From NCBI GenBank assembly GCA_013239625.1, contig MU053881.1, positions 1,550,001 to 1,614,000 of the forward strand: a DNA stretch of 64,000 nucleotides, given 5' to 3'. The stretch's first letter is position 1. Every line of letters begins with the position of its first letter. The DNA comes from Lama guanicoe (Eukaryota). The notes under the pieces were generated by a model, which was given only the letters and a program-made list of their open reading frames with translations, made no database searches and had not been told where the DNA came from. Position numbers and translations under genes: made by a program. Of the stretch, positions 33,036 to 46,200 are shown one piece after another.

Positions 33036-36000
33036 ATAAACAGCCCTGCCTGGCTTGGAGGGATGCCAGGTGCACCAGGTCTTCCCAGAGGAAAGCCTCT
33101 GAGAAGCTTGCTGGCTGAGCTACTTCAGAGGAGGATGGCTTCTGACAGCCCAGCCTGGCCCTGCTGCTCTCCTATACCAAACATTACGGTACAGCCTCTC
33201 CCCCCAGCTCATGGGGCTCCCCCTCCTTAGCCTGCTGTCCTGGCCAGGTGGGTGGACTTGATTTTTCATCATGCCTTTCTCACACTGCGAGTTTTAGACA
33301 AAAACGAGCTAATCCAGCCTTACCTGCGTCTGTATCTTGTCTTAAACTGTCTCAATGGCTGTTCCTTACCTGCCTCCCAACAAGTCGAAGTCCTTCTCAC
33401 CCTCAAGGCCACGCTCCAGTACCGCCTTCTTGATAAAGCCTCTCCTGATCCCCTCGATGTGAAAACGAAGCCCCTGACCCCACCAGTTTCCTTAGCGCAC
33501 TGTGGCATCTCCCCTAGAGCGGTTCCCCTGCGTGCACAGTCCGCCGCCTGCCTGGCCGTGAGCTCCCTGGGACTTGGAGCTCCGGGGTCTCATCTGTCTC
33601 CACTCCCTGTGGGGCCCCGCAGGACCGGGGCACCTGGGAGGGTGGGGGTGTACCCTGGGAAGTATGGACTAGCATGCAGGTGTGCAACTACCTGCAGGCA
33701 CCCCAGAATGATTTCTGGCATTTGGGAGCAAGAAGTCCCCCAAAGTGGGAAGAGGGTGCATCGGGAGAGTGCGACAGAAAGGAAAGACGTGGTTGTGTGA
33801 TGGCAGCCTGCACATGCTCAGGGCCAGGATAAGACAAGCCCTCTCCTGCTCCACCTCAGAACTGAGCCCCCGCCTCCCTACCTGCCAGGGGTTCCCAGCT
33901 TACACAGCAGGATCTAATGTCCATCCCTGGGTCTCCTCAGATCAGCCTGGGGGCAAGGCCAGCTGCTCTAGCCCACGAGGAGCACCCCCAGCCTCCGGTG
34001 GGCTTAGAGCTTGGCCTCAATGTGCAGGTGTGCAACATGCAGCCTATTCAAAGTATAGACTTCTTCAGGAAAAGTGGAGATCATTCCACCCTTCATGTGA
34101 ACTTGCCGATAAGCCAGCTGTGCCCCCTCCCTGCTGCAGAGGAGAAACTGGGGCGGACAGAGGGGTGACCTGCTCAAGGCCAAACACCCCTGTCAACTTC
34201 AAGCTTAATTACCGAAAAGGCGCTTCAGTGCAGCAGCCCACATCTGGACATCATCAAATGACTTGGAGCCCACGTCATCGGTTTTTTCTAAGCCGATGGA
34301 GATAGTGCTGATTTATATCCCACCGGTTCCCTCAGATCATGATTTGGCCACAGGGAAACATTGGACCGCAACTGAATTTTGTCTGATGGCAAATGGACTG
34401 CTTCACAGTCAGACCAAAATCCATTCAGAGAAGGGTCTTGAATGAATACAAAAAATTCAGTTTCAGTTGATCTCGCCAAGTGCCCACCCAATTCCAGGCC
34501 CAGAGGAGAGGAAACGCCTGGAGGTGCAGAAAGCGCAGCCAGGCTAGAATGGCTGGGAAGGCTGGCTCACCAAGTCCTGATGCAAAATGGGTCTCCTGGG
34601 CCATGGAGGAGGGCCAGACCCACTCCCTGGGTGAAGGAGAGAGTCGGAAAATTCTTTCCGGAAGGGGCAGAATCTGCTCTGGGCCTCAACAGTCGATGTG
34701 ATGTTGACAAGCACAGGCAGAGGCAAGGAAGAGCTTCCAGGAAGGTGGGAGCAGCTCAGGGAGGCTGTACCTTGGGGCAGAGCAGGGTGCTGTGTGGTTC
34801 AAGGGGGAGCTGGAAGTGGCTGCAGGTCAGATGGGGAGACACCAGCCAGGACTCGTTCTAGTCCCAGGGATGGGTGTTTGAGGTTGAGCGCTTTGAAAGT
34901 ACTCCCCAGGGGACAGGGTGGAAGATGGCCTGGAAGAGTCAGATGAGGGTACAGGTGGACGGAAGTGTATGTGAGAGAAGCTGGGGCCAAAGGGAGCCCA
35001 GCTCGGGAGATGGTGAGCAGGGGCAGCAGAGGAGACTCTGGCAGTTGGGAGGGGCTGAATGCGCAGGGAGCTCAGAGTAAAGGGGACCAAGGGCCCTAGA
35101 GGATGGAGGAGGCAGTGCCCATCATGGGGTACAGAAGGAACCCCAGGCATAGGCAGGGACTTGCCTCCATTCCAGACAGCTGGGCTGGGCTGGGAGCAGC
35201 CCTGGCAGCCAGCAGAGCTCCTCAGTGACCCAAGGGTCCAGCTGAGAAGGAAGAGAGGAATCAGAGCTGGCCCTGATGACTCGAAGGCTGGTAGGGAAGA
35301 TGGGTCTTTAACAGATGGGATACCCGCTCTGATGGAGGGAGGGACTGGGCATGGAGGATACATGGCAGCAGACGATGCCTGTCATTGAGAGATCATTTTG
35401 CAGGCTGTTAGGAGTGACCCAGATGGTGAGAGTGTGAGCAGGGTTTAAACCCAGTGTGTCTGCCTCCAAAACTCCTGCTGCCCTGACCCTACTCTTCCTG
35501 CTTCACTCCTGGACCCAGCGGGTGAGGACCCAGGCTATGCCCTCAGCCAGCACCCAGTATGGCAGGGAGACCATTACCAGGCAGGGTAGGGAGAAGGTGA
35601 CGTCAGAGCTGGGCTTGGAGAATGAGGGGCCTGGCTCTCCAGGAAGAGGACAGAAAACACAAGGGTTTACAGCTATCGAGGAGGGAAAAGGGCACCAAAC
35701 ACCCTGGTGGATGCTGAGTGGTCAGTGGGCTGAAATCGGGCCACATGGTAGAGACTGGGGAGCAGGAAGATGGGCCCAGTCCACACCTTAAATACCTGCC
35801 AATAGGCTTGTACATGGTCCTAAGGCATCAAGAGGACACAGCAGGGTTCGGGCAGTGGGGAGGCATGGTCAGATCCAGCCCGTGTGAGCATGGAGGGGAG
35901 TAGGAGGCCAGTGGGAGCTAAGCCAAAGATGGTGGAGCCCAGGACGCTCATGGAGGCCTCTGTGCCCCCAGGACACCCCCACACTGCACATCAAAGCACA

Positions 36001-39000
36001 GCCTCACTCTCCCACACTGTCAGCCTGAACAGGGTTTCCTGTGAGCAGCTGGGGCTGGATCACAGTTATTTAGCTAATGTGCTTGGATGGAATCCCAAGA
36101 AAACAGTTTTACTTCTTAAAAAAACAGCGACAAAGCAATATTGCAAAGCCCACCCCCAGAGAGAAATTGTCAGGAGATGGTGGTCCCTACTCTTTATTGC
36201 TGCATTGATTTATCTGTTTGTATATCCATTTATTAGTCTGACTGCTGCATCCATTTATAAGCCCGGGCTGTATTTATGAGGGTGGTGGAAGTGAGCAGCC
36301 CCTAGCCCAGGTTCCCAAGCCCGCAGTCAGCACAAGGGAATAAGAATACTGGGCTGGGTACATGGGAGCTGTGTCCTGGGCAGGCTCTATGAACTTACTC
36401 TGGATCCCAGGGCTTGGGGCCCTGTGCCAGGTGCCAGCTGCCCCACAGGTGAAGGAGCTCCCAGTGGGACTCATCAACAGAGTCATAGCGTCTGGGGGTG
36501 CTTTTTATAGATCAGGTGCCTGAGACCCTCCCCAAACCCCATGGCTCGGTCTCTCGGCCCTCCAATTGATTCTGCTCATCAAGGTGCAACTTGCTGGACC
36601 ACGTAATTTCCAAGAGCCTCCTCCTACCCTTCCAGAACCACAATCCAGTGTCTCTCAGCATTGGGGATAGGAGGGGCAAGACTGTGGTCTCTCCACACAG
36701 GCCCCGCCTTGCCCCCGCCTCTCGGGGCCCCCTCCATCCTTAGCTCACCATTCTGGAAACCTGGCACAACCGAAAGATTCATATCCTGGAAATTAGGAAA
36801 GCAGATGTCCGGAAGGACAGAGAAAAGACGACCTTCTCCCAGGGGGTGGGGGATGGGCAGAGGAGCTCACTTTTCAGACTTAGAAAGGTGGTGTGTGTGT
36901 GTTGACAGGAGGCACAGGAGCTGGGCCAGGGAAATGGCCCAGAAAAGCACAGGCCTGGGATGACAAAAATGTGCCGAAGAGCACAGTCAGCTTTTGAAAG
37001 TCTGTTTGGCACAAGGAGAAGGAAGGAGAGCCAGACATGTGGCCAGGGAGCCAGGATGTGGGATTCACGGGCAGCAGCAAAAATGGACGATGACCCGGGT
37101 CCCAGGTTTCTGCTGCTGCTTCACATAGAGACCTTCTGATGGAGAGTGGTGAGGATGGACGTTCGGGGGCAACCCTAAGCGCCTCTAGACCTGGACAACT
37201 GTGCCTGGAGCACAGAAAGGACTCGCTAATGTGATCTTAGAAATAGGACCTTGTCTTCAAGGAAGAATAGAGGATGGGGTGTGATGTCAGAACTGTCCCG
37301 TGTTCAGAAGGACAGATCCTAGAAACTCCATGTGGGTGAGCCAGACAGGAGCTCAGGGCTGCTGTCTAGAGCAGGTGAGGAAGCAAAGGGTTCACGGGCC
37401 CTGCGACCAGCTGCCCGTGAGCATCAGGACCCAGCAGGTACCAGCCACCTGCCGAGCTGTGGACGAGGGAGTGTTCAATCTCGGCCCATTTGGACTTCAG
37501 ATGGGTTGACAAACTGCCCAGTCTTTTTGTCTGGGAGGGACTAGTCATTTGGACTAGAGTCAGGCTGAAAGTATCGCTTGTTAGTTAATAGAGCGGTCTC
37601 ATCAAAATGACTGGCCCATGGGAGAATTCCAGAAACATTGAATGAATGATGAGTGAGTGAGTGAGTGAGTGAATGAGGGCCACTGTCAGCCAGGAGGAAA
37701 TCTTCTTTGGGACTGTAGGCCTACCTTGTTCATTGTTTCCAACAACTTGAAGACACAAAATGTGTCCAGCGATCACATTTGCAGATGACAAGAGGATGGT
37801 GGTAACTATAGCAGAGGATGAATTAAAATGTATGAAAACCCTGATGAACTGTGACTGTCGGTGATGGACCAGTGCTTAATATGGGACAGCTGTGGTCTAC
37901 GGGTCCCCCCAATTCCACTTACATGTGTTAGGATATGTTTTGTTGCCTTGTCACAAGAAACTTAGCTCAAAGTGGCTTAAGCCAACAGAAAAAGAAAAGG
38001 TGGATCATGGATTTGATGCCAGCAAGACGGGTCTGGGGGCTTCTCTTTGTGGCATCAGGAGCCACTGTCCCTGGGGCCTGGGTCTGCTTTGCTCCGTGCT
38101 GGCTTCCTCTTTGGAAAGTGGGGTCCTTGACGCTCCAGCCTCGCTCCTTTCTTGCAGCTCACTCGAAGAGAGCCTCTCCTTCCTAACAGCCCAGCAGAAG
38201 TCCCGTGACCCAGTCTCCCCGGTGGCAGGTCCATCTCTGAGCCAGTCACAGTGACCAGGAAAACAAGTGTGTGCCGAGAGCCAGGCCAGTCACATGCTGG
38301 AAGCCAGGGTGTGTGTGAGACATCGAGGCTTAATCGAGTCCATTGAACTGAGAGTGGAGAGGCATGGTTCTCCAAGGAAAACTGAGGTGCTGGAGGCAAA
38401 AGAGAAGAGAAAGGGTGCTGGGCAGACCACAGACACCCCCTGTGAGAGGGTAGCCTGGGTTCTGGGTCAGCCAAGAGGGGTGAAGTTGGCTCAGGGTTCG
38501 GTGGGACACACCTCCCCCCGGGCTTACCTCCAGGCTGGGATCCCCTCCTAGAAGCTCCCTAGCCTCCTCTTCCTGGCCCTGGGTCAGTGAAGAAGCTGGG
38601 ATTCAAGCCCTCATCCATCTGGCTTCAACTCCAGTTCCTTCCATTCCCTGGGCTCTGGATAGAAACAGGATAGAAACAGGGACAGGTGACTCCACCTACT
38701 GGCCCCCAATCAGGGACAGGAGGATTGGCTTTGAAGACTAGCCCTGAGCCGGCTGGCTGTCAGCTGGAGAAGGGGGCACTCAAACATGCTTCCTACCCCC
38801 GTGACTCCGCAAACCTGCAGTGTGTCAACGAGATGAAGCTGGACCTAGGAGGTTTCCTCGCTGCCGGTTATAATGGCCTCACACCCTCAGGGGAGGAAGA
38901 GAGAAACCTTTGCGTAAATAACAAAACTCCTTTACCTCCCCCTCAATATTTCCTAGGCAGCGCCTGTGGCTCCCTGTTATTTCAGCTTGTGGTTTGCAGA

Positions 39001-40329
39001 GAGAGGTCCAAAGTGACGTAGCGGGAAGACCCCAGGAGGGAAGGCGGGAGTCAGGATGGGGAACCCGCCTGGCCGCCCACCAGCTGGGGAACCCACGCCA
39101 GGCAGCTAGTCTCACTGGACCTCACTTTTCTCATCTGTAGAAGGAGATAGGAAGAATTTGTGCACAGGGATGAGCGCATATATATGAAATTACCTGTCTT
39201 TGAAAAGATGGCTGTAGTACCTGAAGGGTTCTCGGGTCCAGCATGGAGTGGATGAGCCCAGGAGTGGGGATAGGAGCAGGTTGGAGATGTAGGGACACTG
39301 GAAGCTCTCAGCCTGGAGGTTCCAGGAAGAAATGCATTCTGCAGGCAGGTGTGTGAGAGAGACTAGGATGAGAGACCAGGTTTTGGGTTGAGGGCAGGGC
39401 TGGAGAGGAAGCCGGAGCCCAGTGAGGAGTGGCGAGGAGATGTAGGATGAATGAGAATCCCAGAGCGTTCGTTACACCTCCCCCAGGCTGTGTGCGCCCA
39501 CGTTTTCGCCGGGGCAGTATGGGGGCAGTTTCTCTTTACAAGGACACAGAGCATTAATTCAGTATCAAAAGACATTTACTCCACATAAGAAAGCCCTTCT
39601 TCAGATCTCTTTCAGTCCTTCCAATTGGTCCTCGTGTCTCTTTAACATCCCTTTAATGCTTCTTAATCTCCCTTTTTACGAAGAGGGACTTTAGGCTAAG
39701 CGCTTTCGGGCAGGGTTTTGGCTAGAACCTTGTTGCATTGTGTTTGTTTTTTGTTTGTGTGTTTTTTTGTTTGTTTGGTTGGATTTTTTTTTTTTTTGGA
39801 ACAGTAACCATTTTATTGCATGGAAGACTGGTTTTCCTTTTGTGGCAGCGATACAATTTCATTTCCAAACATAATTACTTAAGTAAGAAAAGCTAGTTTA
39901 AAGAAAAAATCAGGTTTAAAAAAATGATGCAGAGACGGCACAAGAATGATTAAAGATGCAGAAACAAGACTCTCACAGCAGCTCCCGGTAGTCTTTGCTT
40001 GAATATGGCAAATTGTGTCCCTGAGAGGTTTGGTCCTGTCTTGTTTGCTGAGTCTGGAGCTGAGTGTCGAAACCTCTTTCATTGTCCTTGACTATCCAGC
40101 TGACCTGATGAAGACCACAGACCTTGTTCTTGCTCAAGCCGCCAAGTGCATCATGTTTTCTCTCCCATCACATTCGCTCTGGTGGCCAATTTCCAGCCCG
40201 GGGACCTACAGCATCTCTAGCTCCTTGAGGTTACTGGTTCCCCGAAGGATTTTGCTGCAGAAAGACAGCAGCCGGTAGAAGTGCCTGCCCTGCGTCTGGC
40301 AGGGACACCACTTCCTGAAAATCTCCACG

Positions 40330-40570
40330 CACCGGGCTTTGCATGCCAATTTCTACTACGTTTCTCATTTGATCCTCTCTGCAGCCCAACCAAGGTGGTA
40401 TTATCATGATGCCCATTTATCTGTAACTGAAGCACAGTCGGTTACAATGTGTCAATTTCTAGGGTACAGCATGTCCCAGTCATGATGACGCCCATTTTTA
40501 AGGTGGGAAAACTGACGCTCAGAGAGGTGCTTGCCTGGAGCACACAGCTCTGTGAGGGGTTCAGACCCAG
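40330..40570. mobile_element. MIR interrupted by a ~60-bp L1 3' tail fragment
   Basis: cccatttt..aggtgggaaaactgacgctcagagagg MIR; insert aactgaagcacagtcggttacaatgtgtcaatttct flanked by atga(t/c)gcccattt duplication. Confidence 0.65.
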
Positions 40571-41646
40571 CGCTGCAGGCCGCCCGTTCTCATGCTCTGC
40601 CTGGCGGTGCACAGCCTCTGCCCTAGCGGAGGTTCGGCTCCCACGCAGGACCCCAGCCGTCCCATGTGAGGTCCAGCCGGGCTCCCCAGGAGCACTTGGT
40701 TTCCACAGGCGAGAGAACCTGGATGTGTGCGTCATCCCCGTCATAACCACTGCCTCTTTAAATTGACCCTTCCCCACTGGGGAAAGATTTTGCAATCTGA
40801 TAACAAACGTCCATGTCCTTGAAAATAATTTAGCAGTTTCTATTCTTGTTCCGCCTTCCATGAAATTCACCATGACTACATTTTCCCAACTAGAAATGCC
40901 GGCTCTCAGTCTGACAAAGAATTTGGGGCCATTTCTGGGCAGCAGGGGCTGTCTCTGCAAGACATGGTTTGCGTGTCAGAGGGCTGGCATCCCAGGACAT
41001 TTGGGCAGTTAATGGGGACCACAGAAGAGAACTGTGGAATTGCAGCTGTCGCCATAGCCCTGGGACTCAGGAGGCATGGCTGAATGTCTCCCATGAGGCC
41101 CAGCCTCAGGAAAAACTTTTCTGCCTCCATGACTTCAACCTTGACCCCATCCCTGCTCCCCGAGACCACTCTACCGCCTCTTCCTCCATCCAGCTCCGTG
41201 GCTCCCGTTTCCCTCCATCCCTTGGGGAAGAAGCTTCGTTTCTGGGAACCATTGCAGCCCTGCTCCATCTTCTCCCCAGAAATCAGCTGAGTCATTGGTG
41301 GAAACTGAGGCTCATGGTTGTTAAGTGACTTTGCCAAGGTCACACTCGTAATTACCGCACTGCTAGCGTCAAAGCCAGGTCTGACCTCGAAAACCCGCGC
41401 CTTTCCACCCTGCGCGTGGCTGCACCCTCTGCACTTTCTCTCCCTGTGGGTCACCCTGGACTCTTCCAAGCCAAATCAGAAGTCTTTACTAGATGCGACA
41501 TCCATCATGGAACAAAACACACTAAATTTGAGCCGTAGTCCTGGAAAGATCATGAGAGCAGAAATGATTTTCTCCCTTTATTTTTAAATTTTTTTCCACT
41601 GAACTTCTATAAAGAAACAGACATTTAAAAAATATGCCATAAATGT

Positions 41647-41820
41647 AGGGGGAGGGTATATATAGCTCAGTGCTTAGCTTGCACGAGGTCCTGGGTTCAA
41701 TCCCCATTACCTCCGTAGGAAAAATAAATTTAAATAAATAAATAAATAAATAAACCTAATACCTTCCCCCAAAAATATTAAAAAGAAAGAAAGAAATAAA
41801 AATTTAAAATAAATAAGTAA
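41647..41820 (+). mobile_element. Vic-1-like SINE (internally deleted)
   Basis: ggggagggtatatatagctcag..gcttagcttgcacgaggtcctgggttcaatcccc, (TAAA)n tail. Confidence 0.88.
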
Positions 41821-42974
41821 AAATTTTAAAATATCATATGTGTAAATATTTTATGTGTGTGGGTTTTTACACGTATATGAAATCTGACATGGGTGTGTCA
41901 TGTTTAAACATACGTTCACATATTTTAAATCTGATATGACAAATAAAAACCAAGAACTTCAGGTGATGGGTAAATTCTTTTATGGGGCTGACATTTTGAA
42001 ATTGAGGGGAGTCTTCACAATCAGCATGACTCTAGCCTGGAGTCAGGGGCTGGGGCCTCTGAAGGCTGCCTGCGCTTGCGGTATCATTCAGACCAAATTC
42101 CAAAATATGTTTTCCGTTAAAAAATTCACTAAAGAGTTTCCCAAGCAGACAGTTAAAACCTCAAAGGCACACAACCCCTCAAGTGTGTATTGTTCCCAGC
42201 AAGACCCCATCTCTCCCTGGCCTGACCCTGCCTAACCTCACTTCATCGTAAGTGCTTTCAGAGACGAGGCTGCATCCCAGTCCTGCAGCCACTGGCCCGC
42301 TCCTGGGGGACAGGCCTGCTTATCCCCTCTCCGAGCTCAAAAGTGGTCAGTCTCTTATAAAAGCACAGGAAAGGCCGGGCCAGAACAGGCAGCCTGCGAG
42401 AAGGGAAGGTCACATCTGAGGGGACGTATTACCGGGGACTTCAGAGAGCAGATTTCTAGGCAGGCAGGCCTCAGGGTCACTTCCTGCTGGGCAGCCTGGG
42501 GGTCACCAGGGAGGGAACTCGAGTTTAATGCAATTAGAGATGGAAGAGCAGAGGGGAACAGGGAAACAGGCAGCATCCTGTAAAGGGAATTAAATCTTTA
42601 CCTTCATTCATTGCCCCATCCTGCAGAATTCAGACAATGATTTGATTCAGAGCATTTTTTTTGAAAAACCCAACCTCAGTTTTACTGAGCACTTACTTGC
42701 TAGTGTCGGGTGCTCTGCTAGATTGTTTTTTACACACAGTATCTCAAATTATCTAGAAAAGCGGCCACAAGTATCCTGGTTTAGAATTAGAGGCTCAGAG
42801 GGGCTAAGTGGACAGATCGCCGGGGTCTTAGCTGGGACCAGAACCTGAGGCTGGGAGCCCAAGCTCTTTCTCCTGCTCCGGAGCCAGTCTGTGGGCCAGA
42901 ATCACAAGGTGAAGGAGGTGAGCTTCTGGTTTATTACGGTTCCATCTCCATAAGAAGATGGAAAAGAAACAATC

Positions 42975-43262
42975 ATTTTTTCTTTTTTTAATGGCAGTAC
43001 TGGGGATTGAACCCAGGATCTCATGCACGCTAAGCACATGTTTTACCACTGAGCTATACCCTCCCTCAAGAAGCAATCTTTAAAAAAAAAATTAAGACAA
43101 AAAGAGAAATTGCACAGGGAACTATATTCAATATCTTGTAGAAACTTACGGTGAAAATGAATATGAAAACGAATATATACATCTTCATGTATGGCTGAAG
43201 CATTGTGCTGCACACTAGAAATTGACACAACATTGTAAACTGACTGTACTTCTATAAAATAT
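42975..43262. mobile_element. Vic-1-like SINE (minus, 42975-43066) next to an L1 3' tail (plus, ~43100-43262)
   Basis: SINE core flanked by aagaa(a/g)caatc duplication; gcacagggaactatattcaatatcttgta L1 tail. Confidence 0.85.
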
Positions 43263-43775
43263 ATAGAGAGAGAGGGAGAGAGAAATTGGTTTTGTCTGAC
43301 TTTGGACATAAATAGTCAGCCATCAGTGCACTGTGTGTTTGAGATGCTAAACAGAAGTTCAGGTCACCCATGTAAAGTTCTTTAGTATCTCAAACAGCCT
43401 CCACAGGAAACACATCACTGTCTCTGCAGAGAGCCCTAAGCTGGAGGAGGCAGCCTTGAGTCAAGTACCCAGCTCTGCACTCGTGTCTGGTACGGACTCA
43501 GCCACGTGATCCTCTTCCTAGGCCTCAGTTTCCTCAACTGGACAATGAAGGGGGTGAATAGTCCAAATGTTCCATGAGATAGAATGTGATTCCTTTTGAG
43601 ATAGTGAGTTCCCCAGCATGAGAAGTAAGCAAAAACAGGTGAAAGGCCATTATGAAAAGGCTACTGAACTGGACCCCATTAAAGTGGCCTCCTGAGTGGG
43701 GCCAAGTCTGAATCACCATCGCATCTCTGATACAAAGTCTACTGCTTGACAACATGGTAGATAGTGAATAAATGT

Positions 43776-43838
43776 TGGATGGATGGATGGGTGGATGAGT
43801 GGATGGATGGATAGAAGGATGGACAGATGGGTGGATGG
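43776..43838 (+). repeat. (TGGA)n simple repeat
   Basis: ggatggatggatgggtggatgagtggatggatgg... Confidence 0.9.
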
Positions 43839-44807
43839 ACACACTTCCCTTGGTGGGAGGTTGACCTAGACAGCCATGAAGGTTCTCCCCACCTGCGATC
43901 CCTGACTTCCTTGCCGCACTCCCAGAAGTCCTGAGTCACACAACTGCTCCCTAATAACTCGAAGCAGAGACTTTGGGAATGCTGGGCTCTGCGGGAGATA
44001 TTCCCAAGGCCTGTCGTGAAGGCTGAGGGGTGAACTTCCTGAAGGTTAAACCAGGCAAAGGCCAAGTGTCCGGCGTGTAGTAAGTGCTGCCAAGTGTTAG
44101 CTGCCGCCACTCATGTTGCAGGAGGTGGAGGGAAGAGGAGATGAAGGTGGCGATGGGGAGGGGAGGAAGAGGGGGATGGCGGGGACATGGCTCACGCAGG
44201 CTCTGATGGGAGGCAGGTGGCCTGGTTCTCTTTTTGGTGCCCTCCACATCAGGCCCGCACTCGGCACGGCAGGGAGAGTAGCTGTTAGCTCCTCTGCACC
44301 CTGTTAATTTCTATAAACTTGAGGGCGGCTTCGGTGCAATGGACGCTTGGGCTCTGAGTCTGTAGTCTTGTGTGGCCTGCTGGGTCAGCACTGACTCTTT
44401 GGTGGTACTTGGTCCAGTCATCTGACCAACTTGAGCTTCCACTGTCTGTATCCTGTGCTTATCAGCCTTATTGCAAGGGCCCCGGGGGAGGCCTGGAACC
44501 GTAGCCTACACACCGTGCCCCAGCAGGGACAGCAAGCCAAGCCCCATCTTTACCACTGCTGGAAAAGATCATCTTCATTTTAACCTGACATGGGCACACT
44601 TTCCCTCCGAGGCTCCTACAACTGCAGCCAGTCTCCGGGCTCAGGCCGTGGGAGTCTCAGAGTCTGTGGGAAGTGGCCGCCTTCTCCTTCTCTGCTCCAG
44701 GATCACCTGGCTCACGCATTCCCTGTGTCCACACTAAACTTCACAAATGAGTGCCCCTCTCTTAGACAAACTGTGGTATGTTTTACATACTGTTCTGCAC
44801 CTGGCCT

Positions 44808-45146
44808 TTTTTTTTTAATACCGAGTTTATTAAGACATAATTCATATACCACACAATCCACTCATTTAAAGTGTGCAAGTCGATGGGTTTTCATATATTC
44901 CCAGAGCTGTGCAACCATTACTACAATCAATTTGAGAACCTTGTATCCCCTGAAAGGGAGGCTTGGGCCCATTAGCAGTCCCGAGCCCCCCCACCCCAGC
45001 TTTAGGGAACCACGGATCCACTTGCTTTCTCCATAGGTTTGCCTACTCTGAACACTTCGTATAAACGGAATCACACAGTCTGGGGTCTTCTGTGCCTGTT
45101 TCTTTCGCCCAGGCTGCTTCCAGAGTTTAGCTGTATTGTAGCATGT
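44808..45146 (-). mobile_element. L1MB-type 3' end
   Basis: tttattaagacataattcatatacc...agagctgtgcaaccattactacaatcaattt. Confidence 0.8.
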
Positions 45147-45499
45147 TGGACACTTGGCTGGTCAGACTTCAAGATAAGGTGGAAATCATCCCATATCAGA
45201 ACAAATGAATCGGGCTTCATTCTTTTGATTTTACTCTAGTCACTTGAATAGGCAAGATATTTATAACTCAAGATTCCAATGGTATTGAAGGGTGTTCATT
45301 GAGGAATGTCCTTCCACCTCTGTCCTGTAGCAACCGAGTTGCCCTCCCCAGTCATTTCCCCTGCGTCCTTTTAAGGGTGTTTCTGGCCCATGCAGGCAAA
45401 CGTGTGTGTAAATACAGTCTTTTCCTGCTCTTGAAAGGGCCCATTCCCGGGCCCTGCCTAAGCTGCATGGTGCTTCTTCTCTACATGTCATCCTGAAAG

Positions 45500-46200
45500 A
45501 CGACAAACAGTACCCCAGGAGAGTTCTAACTTGTAATTCTCTTGGACGGAGGTTGAGCATTTTTTTTCATGCATTTCAGAGAAATTTCCTTCTCCGTGAA
45601 TGGCCCCATCCTTTCCCGGGTCCGTTCTTCCGCTGGGTTGTTCACCTGCTCCTCACTGATTTAAGAAGTCGTCATATGGGTTAGAAATACCTCCCCACAG
45701 TTTGGTCCTATTCCTTTGACTGCTTTTGGTTTTTCTTTGGGGTCATGGCCAAAAAATTTTAATGTACTCACATTTATCAGTCTTCTACTGCATGGCTTCT
45801 GAAGTTTGTGTCATATGTAGAAGAGTCTTCCCAAACCAGAGATTATAAAGGAAATTTATGACTCCTTTTTAGTCCTTTAATGGCTTCATTTTGCTTCCTT
45901 CTTTTTAAAGGCTGCCTAGGATTTCACGGCTAGAGTGTGTCATGATTTACCTCGCCATCCTCCCGTCATTGGGTGCATGGCTTGTTTCCAGTCTGTTTCT
46001 ATTAGACATGATGGTGCCGTGAGTCCTCTAGTACACAGTGCTCTGGTGCACACGTGGAAGCGTATCTGAGGATGAATTCCTCAAAGCGGAATTACTAGAT
46101 CAAAGAGTGTGAGCGTTTTCGATTTTGAAATGTATTGCCAAACGCCTTTCTAAAGAGGTTGTCCTGCATTCTTCCCTCCAGTGTTATAGGAGAGCGCCTT
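45500..46200 (-). mobile_element. Old L1ME-type fragments
   Basis: gttgagcatttttttcatgcattt, ttgtttccagtctgtttctatt, ggaattactagatcaaagag..tattgccaa. Confidence 0.6.

Noticed and set aside
33917..34115. Minus-strand peptide ISTFPEEVYTLNRL resembling a leucine-rich repeat
   Set aside because: Single unit, no clear donor, acceptor region is MIR-derived; probably chance
39784..40320. Processed pseudogene (AATAAA plus A14; faint transgelin-like words WE..LGGL..KDNERGFDTQLQ)
   Set aside because: No target-site duplication found, begins at a strong splice acceptor, ankyrin-like motifs continue past the A-run, and the transgelin match needs many deletions; kept only as an alternative
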